Position numbers and translations under genes: made by a program. Below, one piece after another: positions 18,493-28,451 of a DNA stretch of 51,071 bases. The notes beneath the pieces are model-generated. The model did not search any database, had not been told where the DNA came from, and saw only the letters and a program-made list of their open reading frames with translations. How positions within the stretch are numbered: the first letter of the stretch is position 1; the number at the start of each line of letters is the position of its first letter. Source of the DNA: Syntrophobacteraceae bacterium CG2_30_61_12 (GTDB lineage Bacteria > Desulfobacterota > Syntrophobacteria > Syntrophobacterales > DSM-9756); NCBI GenBank assembly GCA_001873705.1, contig MNZR01000016.1, forward strand, positions 1 to 51,071, written 5' to 3'.

Positions 18493-19695
18493 ATGATTCT
18501 AAGGCGCGCAGAGGGTCTTGACCTTCTGGACGGAATCATTGCTGCACAATTCTCTGATATTTCCCTTATTCACTGGATGTCGCCCATGCAAAGCCACGGA
18601 TTGGGAATGAGTGAAGAGCAACAGCCCCATATCTTTCCAAAGGTGGATGTCATTGTCCCTACCTATGATTACGGTCATTATCTGAATGCCTGTCTGGCAT
18701 CGATTAGAGCCCAAACCTATGCCGACTATTCCGTCCTGATCATCGACAATGCATCCGAAGACGATACTGAAAAGATCGCCAGGCACTGGCAGAACAGGGA
18801 TTCCCGCTTTCGTTATGTTCGCAACGATACCAACCTCGGACTGATGGCCAGTGTTCTGAAGGCCTACGCGCTCACCCGGGCTGAGTTGGTTCTTTTTTTG
18901 TCCGCGGACGATTTGCTTGAGCCCCGGTTCCTGGCACTTGCGGTTGGGGCACTCGATCAACATCCCGAATGCACATTTGCCTACAGCGCATGGAAAATGT
19001 TCGTTGATGATCCCGGGAGTCAAAACCATGGTGCGGAATACCGCTATTTCTCTCCGCATGATTGCAGTGGTTGCTATGATGAAGCAGCATTGCTGCTGGC
19101 TCACAACTGGATCACCAACTCGTTCACTCTCTTCCGCCGAGAGGTTTGTGATGCCGTAGGGGGGGTTAATCCTACCGACCTGCAGCATGTTGGTGACTGG
19201 TACACTTGGATGCTGTTTTCTGCGAAGGGTCCGGCCTGCTATATCCACGAGAGACTTGGGCGGTATCGAATACATGCCAACACGGAAACAAACCGGTTGG
19301 TCGCCAATTACCGGTCCGGTTACGATCATATTCGCTTTTACGACCTCATCTTCGAATCGGAGCTTTGGCCCATGCCGATCCGCTTGGCTGCCAAAGCGCA
19401 TCAAAGCCGATGGCTGACAGGCGAACCCCTGACGCTCATCGCCCGAAAGATGGGTGGTGAGCGAGCCGAGCCCTTGATGCGACATTTCGTAAGCAGGTAT
19501 CGCGATGCATTCTATGTGGCCATCGCTCAGAGTGTTCTCCAGTACACGCCCAGCAAGAATTTCCTGGATACTCCGGAAAATGCGCTGGCCCTTCTGCGAG
19601 AAGTGTTGCTTCACGATTCAAGCAATGCGCAAGCGGCTATGCTGTACCAATCCTATCGTGGACAAGGTCGATCCAAAGGGCTGTTGATCACGTAG
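18493..19695 (+). CDS. GT2 family glycosyltransferase
   Basis: VDVIVPTYDYGHYLNACLASIRAQTYADYSVLIIDNASEDDT. The start may be an internal ATG (18577 or 18607). Confidence 0.75.
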   Translation: MILRRAEGLDLLDGIIAAQFSDISLIHWMSPMQSHGLGMSEEQQPHIFPKVDVIVPTYDYGHYLNACLASIRAQTYADYSVLIIDNASEDDTEKIARHWQNRDSRFRYVRNDTNLGLMASVLKAYALTRAELVLFLSADDLLEPRFLALAVGALDQHPECTFAYSAWKMFVDDPGSQNHGAEYRYFSPHDCSGCYDEAALLLAHNWITNSFTLFRREVCDAVGGVNPTDLQHVGDWYTWMLFSAKGPACYIHERLGRYRIHANTETNRLVANYRSGYDHIRFYDLIFESELWPMPIRLAAKAHQSRWLTGEPLTLIARKMGGERAEPLMRHFVSRYRDAFYVAIAQSVLQYTPSKNFLDTPENALALLREVLLHDSSNAQAAMLYQSYRGQGRSKGLLIT

Positions 19696-19766
19696 GTGTT
19701 CTTGATGAGTTGTTATGCGCGCAGTCGTGTTGAACGAGAAACTACACCTTAGATACGAGTACCGCC

Positions 19767-22700
19767 GTGAACAAATTGATCCAACTGAGAAATGCTAGAA
19801 CGACCGGGCGCCATTGGGGCGAAGCGAACAACGAACGCGAGTTCGCCACATTCTCATGTGATCATCCGAATCAGGCTGGTGCGCATATTCGGCAGATTTC
19901 GTCCCATGCCAGTAAATACGTCACCATTGTGATACCGGTTCATGATGCTTTGGATTTGACTCGAACCTGTGTCAACTCTATTTATACTAATACTCCCTGC
20001 GGGACTTACCAAATCATTATTGTGGATAATGGGTCAACGCATGGCGTGCGAGGCCTTCTCGACACGAGGAATACATCCGAGTCCATCAGGGTGATTCGGA
20101 ATCGGGAGAACTTGGGATTCGCCAAGGCCTGCAATCAAGGCATCCGGAGCGCTCGGGGGCACTTTGTTCTACTGCTCAACAATGATACTGTCGTGACCGC
20201 GGGATGGCTGGACGCATTGCTTGTGGAGATGGAACAAAACAAAAAGGTTGGCATTGCGGGATCCTGTTTGCTCTATCCCGGCAGCACCCGGATCCAGCAT
20301 GTTGGAGTTTCGGTGGGATGGCACAACGGTGTCCTGTTTCCATACCACGTTCATAGGCTGCGTAAGGTTGAGCATGTTCCGGATGCCCTCCGAAGTCGCA
20401 AGCTGAAAGCCGTAACAGGTGCCTGCATGCTTGTGCGGCGTGAAATACTCGATGTGGTGCCCGGATTCGACGAAATTTATCTGAATGGCTACGAGGATAT
20501 CGACTTCTGCTTTCAAGCCTTGAAAGCGGGTTTTGACATTCACTATTGCGGTAAGAGCCAAGTATACCACCATGAGTCGATGTCGAAGGGGCGGCACGAT
20601 CGCGACGGGGAAAATCTTTGGAGGTTGAATAAGAAATGGAATGGGATCGTCGAACCGGACGAAGACGAAATGACAACGCATGCAGCCCTACGCGAGATTG
20701 CGGCACGTGAAGAATTGCAAAGAAATCCTGACAGCTACAAGTGCATATCGATGCTTCAGGGTATCTCTCTCGAGCGCGGCGACTATGACGAGGCCCGTGA
20801 ATGCAGAATGGGAAGACTCCCTGCCGTGCCCGTCGTCACCATTGTTATTCCCACCTACAATAATCTGGCGCTCACAACCCAGTGCCTCAAATCGATTCGC
20901 GATACAACTTCCGGCATCCCTTTTGAGATTATTTGCGTTGACAATGCTTCCAGCGACGGCACGGTCGAGTTTCTCAAACGTGAAGAATCTCTGAACAAGT
21001 TGGTCCTGGTCAGCAACGGGCAGAATCTGGGTTTTGCCAAGGCCTGTAACCAGGGCGCCAAGCTCGCGTTGGGAAAATACCTTGTGTTTCTCAACAACGA
21101 CATCATAGCCTTGGACGGTTGGTTACGGGAAATGCTCAAGTGCATGGATGGCGATGCCAGTGTCGGGATGGTCGGGAGCAAACTTCTGTATCCGCAAGGA
21201 ACAGTTCAACACGCCGGAGTCGCTTTTGGAGAAGACGGTATACCTTTCCACATATATCGTTTTGCGGATCCCGAGGCTGCCTATGTGAACAGGACACGCG
21301 AGTTGTCCGCTGTCACCGGGGCGTGTTTCCTCGTCCGGCGAGAGGTATTTTCGAAGTTGGGCGGTTTTGATGAGAAATACGAGAACGGCTTGGAGGACAT
21401 TGATTTTTGTCTTCGCATTAGAGAACAAGCACTGAGGATTCTGTACTGCCCGACAAGCGTCCTCTATCACATGGAAAGTGTATCGGAGGGGAGATTTAAT
21501 AAGACATTGGATAACTGTCGTTATTTCTCCGCGAAGTGGGGAAGGGGACTCAATGCGGATGATGAGAGAATATGCGCGGAGGACGGCACGGACATCCGGC
21601 GAATTCGTCATCTTGAGGCTTCCATGCGCCAGGGCATGGGGTATTCCCGGAAAACCGTCATCGACTATAGGATCGATTCCACGCCCCTGTGCGAGCAACT
21701 CACGGCGAGTCGCGATTTGACCACACCAAATCCCTCGTCGAACAAGGCTTCTTTGCTGTCCATTGTTATCCTGTCACTGAATCAGTCGGAATGGACCCGG
21801 GCATGTCTGGAAAGCATTAGGAAGCACAGCACCTTGCCTTACGAAATCATCCTGGTGGACAACGGATCGTCAAGCCGGACCATCAGCGCTCTCCTGGATT
21901 TCACCGTTAATGATCCACGTATTTCCGTCATTCTCAATGCTCGAAACAAGGGGTTTGCCGGGGGCAACAATCAGGGGATGGCCCTGGCCCAGGGCGATTA
22001 CATCTTGTTGCTCAACAATGACACGCTGGTTACCGCGGAATGGCTGGAAGGCCTGGTGAAGGTCTTCGCGGATTATCCCAAGGTCGGCATCGTGGGGCCC
22101 ATGTCGAATCATGTTGCGGGCCCGCAGCTAGTGGAGAGCGCCCGATACGGGAATATCACGGAAATGGAAGCCTTTGCGTCGCGCTGGCGGAAGGACAATT
22201 GCGGCACAACCTTTTCCGTTCCGGCCGTTATAGGATTTTGCATGCTCGTAAGACGGCGAGTGATCGATGCAATTGGCGGACTGGATGAACTTTTCGGTGT
22301 AGGGAATTTTGAGGACATCGATTACTGCTATCGAGCTTTCCTTGCGGACCACGAAATCCGGGTTGCCCGTGATGTCTTTATCCATCATCAGGGCAGTCTC
22401 ACTTTCAAGGCTGAAAATGTCGACTACGTCAGGTTGATGAAGAAGAACTGGGAACTCTTCAAGGCGAAATGGGGTCTGGATCCCGGTCTTGCCCTTGCCA
22501 GGGGACAGAGGACTGTTGTGCTCAATAAGGAACGGGCGCTGCGACAAACGATTGCTCTTCCTGATCTTCGGGAAACCCACGAGTACGACGCGGAAATGAA
22601 GCTCTGGCGTGGCAGATCAACCAAGGCGTACCCCTTGAACAAGACCGGGAGAAAGGCGGGGCTCCCGGTTGAGCGCGAGTCTCGCGGTGGAATTGCCACC

Positions 22701-23675
22701 ACCGCCGAATCGCTATCCGCAAGTGCTTTCCAACCTCCCGTCACCGCCAATAATCCCATGCCCCGGATATCCATCATTATTCCGACGTACCAGAATGTGG
22801 ACCTTACCCGCCAATGTCTGCATGGGATCCTTCACAATAAGGCGGACATTCCATGCGAAATAATCGTTGTTGACAACCACTCTACTGACGGCACCGAGTT
22901 GTACCTTCGAGAAATGCAGAGCAAGGGCATCCTCAGAGCTCTATTCAACCCCATGAACGCGGGGTTTGCTCGGGCATGCAATCAGGGGGCGCAGGTGGCT
23001 CAATGCCCATTTCTCCTTTTTCTCAACAACGATACCTTTCCCATGAAGGGATGGATGCAGTCTCTACTCCAAATCGCGCTACGGGATGAAAATGCGGCCA
23101 TCATTGGAAGCAAGCTTCTTTATCCTGACGGGAAAGTGCAACATGCCGGCATGGAACTCATTCACTACGACAAGGGAAGGAAGTTGGCACGCCCCGTTCC
23201 CGGACATCCCCATCGGTTTGCTGACAGCAATGCCGCTGAGGTGAATCAATATCGTGAACCGGATATGGTGACAGGTGCTTGCATTCTGGTGAGGAAAGAG
23301 GTCTTTTTTCTGCTCGGCGGTTTCGACGAAGTCTACCGCAACGGGGTCGAGGATGTGGATCTTTGCCTCAGAGCCCGTTGTGCCGGATACAAGGTGGTGT
23401 ATCAGCCCGAGTCTGTTGTCTTCCACTACGAAGGGCAGAGTCCGGGGAGATTTGACAAAGAACCGGTCTGTAAAAACCTCTCGATCTATTTCGCGCGGTG
23501 GGGGAACCAATTCGGTACGGACGGGCGCTTGCTCATCCCGCAACCCCCACGCATCATTCGGTCTCAGACCAGCCTATTGGTCGGTGATCACGGCGGCCCA
23601 TCAATGGCACCCGGCCCATCGAGCGGCTCCAATGGAGAAGGGCTCAGAATTTGCTTGTCCAGGTTCTCGAAGTGA
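19767..23675 (+). CDS. 1302-aa protein with four tandem GT2 catalytic domains
   Basis: Four repeats of the same motif series: (V/I)(V/I)IP(V/T)(H/Y)..., VDN(G/A/H)S, LNND, TGAC.LVR(R/K)E (IGFCMLVRRR in domain 3) and ED(I/V)D.C. Domains start near aa 51, 356, 663 and 1000 (nt ~19917, 20832, 21753, 22764). GTG start. Confidence 0.8.
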   Translation: MNKLIQLRNARTTGRHWGEANNEREFATFSCDHPNQAGAHIRQISSHASKYVTIVIPVHDALDLTRTCVNSIYTNTPCGTYQIIIVDNGSTHGVRGLLDTRNTSESIRVIRNRENLGFAKACNQGIRSARGHFVLLLNNDTVVTAGWLDALLVEMEQNKKVGIAGSCLLYPGSTRIQHVGVSVGWHNGVLFPYHVHRLRKVEHVPDALRSRKLKAVTGACMLVRREILDVVPGFDEIYLNGYEDIDFCFQALKAGFDIHYCGKSQVYHHESMSKGRHDRDGENLWRLNKKWNGIVEPDEDEMTTHAALREIAAREELQRNPDSYKCISMLQGISLERGDYDEARECRMGRLPAVPVVTIVIPTYNNLALTTQCLKSIRDTTSGIPFEIICVDNASSDGTVEFLKREESLNKLVLVSNGQNLGFAKACNQGAKLALGKYLVFLNNDIIALDGWLREMLKCMDGDASVGMVGSKLLYPQGTVQHAGVAFGEDGIPFHIYRFADPEAAYVNRTRELSAVTGACFLVRREVFSKLGGFDEKYENGLEDIDFCLRIREQALRILYCPTSVLYHMESVSEGRFNKTLDNCRYFSAKWGRGLNADDERICAEDGTDIRRIRHLEASMRQGMGYSRKTVIDYRIDSTPLCEQLTASRDLTTPNPSSNKASLLSIVILSLNQSEWTRACLESIRKHSTLPYEIILVDNGSSSRTISALLDFTVNDPRISVILNARNKGFAGGNNQGMALAQGDYILLLNNDTLVTAEWLEGLVKVFADYPKVGIVGPMSNHVAGPQLVESARYGNITEMEAFASRWRKDNCGTTFSVPAVIGFCMLVRRRVIDAIGGLDELFGVGNFEDIDYCYRAFLADHEIRVARDVFIHHQGSLTFKAENVDYVRLMKKNWELFKAKWGLDPGLALARGQRTVVLNKERALRQTIALPDLRETHEYDAEMKLWRGRSTKAYPLNKTGRKAGLPVERESRGGIATTAESLSASAFQPPVTANNPMPRISIIIPTYQNVDLTRQCLHGILHNKADIPCEIIVVDNHSTDGTELYLREMQSKGILRALFNPMNAGFARACNQGAQVAQCPFLLFLNNDTFPMKGWMQSLLQIALRDENAAIIGSKLLYPDGKVQHAGMELIHYDKGRKLARPVPGHPHRFADSNAAEVNQYREPDMVTGACILVRKEVFFLLGGFDEVYRNGVEDVDLCLRARCAGYKVVYQPESVVFHYEGQSPGRFDKEPVCKNLSIYFARWGNQFGTDGRLLIPQPPRIIRSQTSLLVGDHGGPSMAPGPSSGSNGEGLRICLSRFSK

Positions 23676-23729
23676 TGCGGCCACGGCGGAGCCCAGTGTG
23701 CTTGAATAGAAGCCATCAAGGAGTTCACA

Positions 23730-24923
23730 ATGTGTGAAATGAACAGCAGATCATTGCAGTCGGAAGAGAAGCCAGACCAATCCGGGAAACTCCGCGATGA
23801 CATGGATTGGGGTGCCGAGGGCGAGAGGAAATTCGCCGGGGGCAGCTATGAAGAAGCCTGCCGATGCTTTGAACGGGCCCTGCAATGCCGGCCTTTTGAC
23901 GCCAAGATGCACAACAACATGAGTGTTGCTCTCTGGCAACAGGGCAATACCGGCGATGCCCTTCAACATCTGACGCAAGCCCTTGAGCTGGACCCGGATG
24001 ATCGGGATGTGATCTTTAATTGCGGCAGGATTTTTTGCAAGCTGGGTCGCCAGGAAGACGCGCGCGAGATTCTGGGAGCTTTCCTTGACAGAAATCCCGG
24101 GGACGGCGAGGCCAAAAACGAACTGGAGCGATTGAATACGCCGGCACAAGATAGTCAACCCGTTGACTCCGCGGCTTTTTTGAACCAGCAGGGAGAGGAA
24201 CAATTCGCCAGGGGGAAAAAGGAGCACGCCCGGGTCTGCTTCGAGTTGGCGTTGGAACACAATCCGGATAGCGCGCGTGCCTGCAACAACCTCGGCGTCC
24301 TTTATTGGGGTGAAGGCGATCTAAAAAAGGCACTGGAGCATCTCTACAAAGCCCTGGACCTTGACGCTGAAGATGCGGAAATCCTTTATAACTCAGCCAA
24401 GGTATTGACGGCATCCGGTGAAGTGGAAACGGCTGCGGATTTCCTACAACTCTATCTGCAAAAGCACCCTCGGGACGAAGCCGCCTGGCAAGATTATAGG
24501 CAACTCATCAGCGAGAGCACGTTCGCCTGGAACAACAACGGATTGGCTCCGGAGGTCGGTGACATTTATCTCCACATGGGGCAGGCGCTGGCAGCAGCCA
24601 AGGACTATCCGGGAGCAGCCGAAGCCTTGGGGCGGGCGGCCATGCTCAAACCCGATGATGCGCAGCCGCTCTATCAATTGGGACTCCTTCATCTCGAACT
24701 CGAGCAAAAGGAAGACGCCATTCGCATGTTCCGGGCCGGCTTGGAAAGGGATCCGGAACACCGAGGGGTGATTCTTGCCCTGGCTCGCGCACTTATCGAA
24801 GAAGGCTGCCAGGAACAAGCTCGGCCCGTGTTGGAAGCTTATCTGGCAGGGCACGAAGACCAAGAAATGGCTTCCTATCTTGAGGATGCCGGGGCCACCA
24901 ATGAGCAGCCTCAGCTCGCCTGA
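23730..24923 (+). CDS. TPR repeat protein
   Basis: Multiple 34-aa repeats, for example EEACRCFERALQCRPFDAKMHNNMSVALWQQGNTGDALQHLTQALELDPDD. AAGGAG lies 6 nt before the ATG. Confidence 0.75.
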   Translation: MCEMNSRSLQSEEKPDQSGKLRDDMDWGAEGERKFAGGSYEEACRCFERALQCRPFDAKMHNNMSVALWQQGNTGDALQHLTQALELDPDDRDVIFNCGRIFCKLGRQEDAREILGAFLDRNPGDGEAKNELERLNTPAQDSQPVDSAAFLNQQGEEQFARGKKEHARVCFELALEHNPDSARACNNLGVLYWGEGDLKKALEHLYKALDLDAEDAEILYNSAKVLTASGEVETAADFLQLYLQKHPRDEAAWQDYRQLISESTFAWNNNGLAPEVGDIYLHMGQALAAAKDYPGAAEALGRAAMLKPDDAQPLYQLGLLHLELEQKEDAIRMFRAGLERDPEHRGVILALARALIEEGCQEQARPVLEAYLAGHEDQEMASYLEDAGATNEQPQLA

Positions 24924-26583
24924 CGGGTGGTTGGCGAGAAATCTCCGCTGCCTTGCCTTGAGCAATCCCGGGCTGGCCGAGCGCTTGTGCGAGCCGGTCG
25001 CGGGCGATCATGTGGAGGTCCTCGCGGCGAAAACGGGAATCGCCACGGCTCGGTTCAACCGAATCCCCGAGTTATGGATTCAGGCGCCGGATGATCCCCG
25101 GGGCGATGCGGAAAAAACCGTTGCCGCTTGGGAGAGCCCAGATGATGGCCCGGTTCTGTGCCTGGGAGTGGGCCTGGGCTATGAGTTGAAAAGTCTACTC
25201 GACAGGTTGCCCTCCGAACGCCGGATGATCGGCTATGAAAGAGACCCGTGGCTGCTGCGGCAGGCCTTTCGGTGTCACGATTTCTCCAAGAATATCTTGT
25301 CTGCTCGATTGTCCTTCCTGCTCGGCACGGATTTGGCCGATGCGCCGATATCCGTTCCACTCAGCTTGTTCCGCCATCCCGTATTGGGTTCCCTCTACCA
25401 ATCGGAAAATGACTATCTGGATCACCGGGTTGGGGAAAAAACGTCACGGCGCGCGATGGTGGTGTCCGGGGGCCTGTTCGTTCAAGACGTTGAAGATGCC
25501 TTGAAGCATTCCGGTTTCAGCATCTTGACCTGGGACCCGAGAAGGGTGTCGCGCAAGGAAAGCGTTCATCAGTTGAAGCGCTTCGGCCCTGAACTTGTAT
25601 TTGCCATCAACTACCTTGCGGGCTTGCCGGAGTTGTGTCGGGAATTGGGAATTCCGTGTGTGATCTGGGAAATCGATCCATGTATCGAACGTCTCCCAGT
25701 CGGGTCCAACCAGCATGACCTGACCATGATTTACACTTACCGCAAGGGGCATGTGAGCCGCTACCGTCTGGCCGGTTTTTCTCATGTGGAGTATCTGCCG
25801 CTGGCGGCCAATCCGAAACGCCGCTATCCAATGCTCCCCAATGCCGACCAGGTGAGTAGATATGGAGCGACGATTTCGTTTGTGGGCAACTCCATGAGGG
25901 ACCAGGCAAAGGCGCTCAAGAAAGTGTTTGCCGAGGTCTGCCGCCACAACTCCATCTCGGACCCGGACCAACATTGGGACCAGGCTCTCGGCGCCCAACA
26001 AATGGACCTCGACCGGGATGTGGTACGGTCCGCATTGGCACGAACACTGAGCAGGGGCAATTCGATCCTTGCCGATGGCAACGGCCGGCTGGTGGACGTG
26101 GCTGCGTGCGCCGCGGAAACGGCTGCGTCGGACCGACGCATCCAGCTGATCGCTGCCCTGGCGACTCATGGTTTCGGTATTTCAGTTTGGGGAGATCCTG
26201 GCTGGGAGGAAGGGTGCTCGGCGGCTGATTACCGTGGGTGGGCCGGCCATGACCGGGAATTGACGGCGATTTACAATGCCAGCGTCATAAATTTGGACAT
26301 CAACCGCCTGTACCAGAGCGATATCGCCACCATGCGTGTTTTCGACGTGCTCGCCTGCAAGGGCTTTCTCCTGGCCGATTGTTCTTCCGCTGTCCAGGAC
26401 CTGTTCGAGGTGGGCGCTGAACTGGTGGTGTACCGCTCGACAAAGGAACTGCTTCACCTGGTCGAGTATTATCTCAAGCATGAGAAAGAGCGGGATCAAA
26501 TCGCCGAGGCAGGGCACTTGCGAGTGCTGCGGAACCACACGATTGAGCAAAGGATCGCTTGGGTCCTTGCTGAACTCGGATGA
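24901..26583 (+). CDS. CgeB-like (DUF3880 / Glyco_trans_1_2-type) glycosyltransferase with Maf-like N-terminal region
   Basis: C-terminus YNASVINLDINRLYQSDIATMRVFDVLACKGFLL...ELVVYRSTKELLHLVEYYLKHEKERDQIAEAGHLRVLRNHTIEQR resembles the CgeB family. N-terminus LARNLRCLALSNPGLAERL...LCLGVGLGYEL resembles the start of motility accessory factors. The ATG at 24901 overlaps the TPR gene end. Confidence 0.55.
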   Translation: MSSLSSPDGWLARNLRCLALSNPGLAERLCEPVAGDHVEVLAAKTGIATARFNRIPELWIQAPDDPRGDAEKTVAAWESPDDGPVLCLGVGLGYELKSLLDRLPSERRMIGYERDPWLLRQAFRCHDFSKNILSARLSFLLGTDLADAPISVPLSLFRHPVLGSLYQSENDYLDHRVGEKTSRRAMVVSGGLFVQDVEDALKHSGFSILTWDPRRVSRKESVHQLKRFGPELVFAINYLAGLPELCRELGIPCVIWEIDPCIERLPVGSNQHDLTMIYTYRKGHVSRYRLAGFSHVEYLPLAANPKRRYPMLPNADQVSRYGATISFVGNSMRDQAKALKKVFAEVCRHNSISDPDQHWDQALGAQQMDLDRDVVRSALARTLSRGNSILADGNGRLVDVAACAAETAASDRRIQLIAALATHGFGISVWGDPGWEEGCSAADYRGWAGHDRELTAIYNASVINLDINRLYQSDIATMRVFDVLACKGFLLADCSSAVQDLFEVGAELVVYRSTKELLHLVEYYLKHEKERDQIAEAGHLRVLRNHTIEQRIAWVLAELG

Positions 26584-26627
26584 GAAGAAGGGGTCTTGAT
26601 CATCGTTAGGGCCATTTCAAACAAGAT

Positions 26628-26700
26628 CACCCACGGAGGCACAGAGGACCCAGAGAAATTCCAAGGTTTTTCTCCGTGTCCTCCGTGTTCTCTGTGGTGA
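26628..26700. repeat. REP-like compound hairpin in the intergenic region
   Basis: CACGGAGGCACAGAGGA...TCTCCGTGTCCTCCGTG...TCTCTGTGG. The arms are built from CACGGAGG/CACAGAGG units and their complements. Confidence 0.55.
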
Positions 26701-26756
26701 AAGCCTTTTGCTGTGGACGAAACGATGATCGTCGCCGAGGAAAGGTATCGGCCGGC

Positions 26757-28451
26757 ATGAAAATCAGCCTTTGCATGATCGTGAAAGATGAGCAGCAGCT
26801 TCTGGCCCGTTGTCTTGATAGTGTGCGCCATGTGGTGGACGAGATGGTGATTGTCGACACCGGATCCAGGGATCGGACCCGAGAAATCGCGTCTTCCTAC
26901 GGCGCCAGGATGGTGGATTTTACCTGGACCAACGACTTCGCCGCGGCACGCAATGTCGCGCTTGGGCACGCCTCCGGAGATTGGATCTTATGCTTGGATG
27001 CGGATGAGTTGTTAAAGATGCCCGTTGGCGGAAGCGGCCTGGACCAATTGGCCGCGGCCGATGAGGCGGACGCCTATTCCGTTCCGATTCAGAACAACAA
27101 ACTGGAAGGGGGATTCGAATTTCATTACGCAATTCGATTCTTCCGCAAGCTGCCTGGTATCCGATTTATCGGCAAGGTTCATGAGCGCGTTGACGAGAGC
27201 CTGTTCCATGAACAAGCGCGCATCCGCCAGGCCCCGTTTTCCATTGAACACACCGGCTACGCGATTCCTCCGGAAGAGATGGAGGAAAAGCTCAAGCGCA
27301 ATGCCAAACTGCTCCAGGATCAAATCGAGCAGGATCCCGGCAACTGTTTTGCGCACTACTACCTGGGGCTGACCTGGATCGGCCTGAAGGAATTCGACAA
27401 GAGTTTCCTGCATCTGCGGAGAGCACGGCAACTCGGTCCCGCGACGATCAATCTGAGTTGCTTGATCGATAACATCCTGGCCTACCATTACCTGGATCGA
27501 GAAGATTACCTGACGGCGGCAACCATCGCTCGCCGTTCACTGCGCGCACTGCCGGAGCAGAACACCGCCAAGCTATTCCTTGGAATAGCCCTTTTCAACC
27601 AGGGATCTCACCGGGAAGCCCTGCCCTTGCTGCGGGCCGCCTATCAGTTTCTGCGCCTCCCGATCGAGAGCAGGCGGACCCAACTGAGCCAGGAACACTC
27701 CTACAACGAGGCCGATCTGCTATGGGCATTGACCCGATCCGCGGCGGAGACGGGAGACTACGAAGGGGCCTTTGCTTACGTCCAACAGGTCCTGCGACTG
27801 CGGCCCGGGGACGCCAAGGCCTATCTGGCCAAAGCGCTTTGCTGCCTTTCGCTTGACGCAACCGTCGAAGCGAGAACCGCTCTCGCCAGGGCTCGGCACT
27901 TGGGACTGCCGGCTCGGGATCTGGCTTGGGCCGCATTGCAATTGGCGCTCAAAACCGGGGACCTGAATGCAGCCTCGGCCGTTCTGATGGACCACGCCGA
28001 TGCGTTGCTGGAAAACGATATGGGTCGGCAAGCGTTCGCAACATGGGTGGACCGATACGTCCGGGCGGGCAAGGAGGACACTCTTTTCAAGCTTCTGCTT
28101 CAAATGAATCAACAACATTCAGAGAGTCCGGCCATTCTGGATGCCTTGGCTTTTACCGCAATCAGGCAAGGCCGCTACCTGGATGCAAGGCGAGCGCTGG
28201 AGAGGCTGTCGCTCCTGGTCCCATCCCAACCCGATATCATGAAGCGGCTGGCGGGAATATACCTGCATCTGGGGCAGCGTGAACTGGCGGCACGGATGCT
28301 CCAAAAGGTGCGAGCGGCGGACCTTGAGGGACTTGGTTCCGCAGTTGGGAACAGTTACCCCTTGCCGAAGGGGGGCACCGATGGGGGGCCATTCAACCCG
28401 GCTTCCAGCGGGATTTGCCGCCGCGCTGGTCCGGAGGTCCACGATGGGTGA
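26757..28451 (+). CDS. GT2 glycosyltransferase fused to a long TPR domain
   Basis: MKISLCMIVKDEQQLLARCL...VIVDTGSRDRT...DFAAARNVAL...LCLDADE, followed by ~380 aa of TPR-like repeats. GAAAGG lies before the ATG. Confidence 0.75.
   Translation: MKISLCMIVKDEQQLLARCLDSVRHVVDEMVIVDTGSRDRTREIASSYGARMVDFTWTNDFAAARNVALGHASGDWILCLDADELLKMPVGGSGLDQLAAADEADAYSVPIQNNKLEGGFEFHYAIRFFRKLPGIRFIGKVHERVDESLFHEQARIRQAPFSIEHTGYAIPPEEMEEKLKRNAKLLQDQIEQDPGNCFAHYYLGLTWIGLKEFDKSFLHLRRARQLGPATINLSCLIDNILAYHYLDREDYLTAATIARRSLRALPEQNTAKLFLGIALFNQGSHREALPLLRAAYQFLRLPIESRRTQLSQEHSYNEADLLWALTRSAAETGDYEGAFAYVQQVLRLRPGDAKAYLAKALCCLSLDATVEARTALARARHLGLPARDLAWAALQLALKTGDLNAASAVLMDHADALLENDMGRQAFATWVDRYVRAGKEDTLFKLLLQMNQQHSESPAILDALAFTAIRQGRYLDARRALERLSLLVPSQPDIMKRLAGIYLHLGQRELAARMLQKVRAADLEGLGSAVGNSYPLPKGGTDGGPFNPASSGICRRAGPEVHDG

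Noticed and set aside
18499-19614. 371-aa ORF on the minus strand, antisense to the GT2 gene. Similar long antisense ORFs occur at 40060..41214, 41947..43170, 44732..45820, 46576..47436 and 48111..49238.
   Set aside because: Each lies entirely opposite a gene with clear family motifs. The translations are low-complexity (Arg/Gly/Pro/His-rich) with no recognisable domains. This is typical of shadow ORFs in high-GC DNA.
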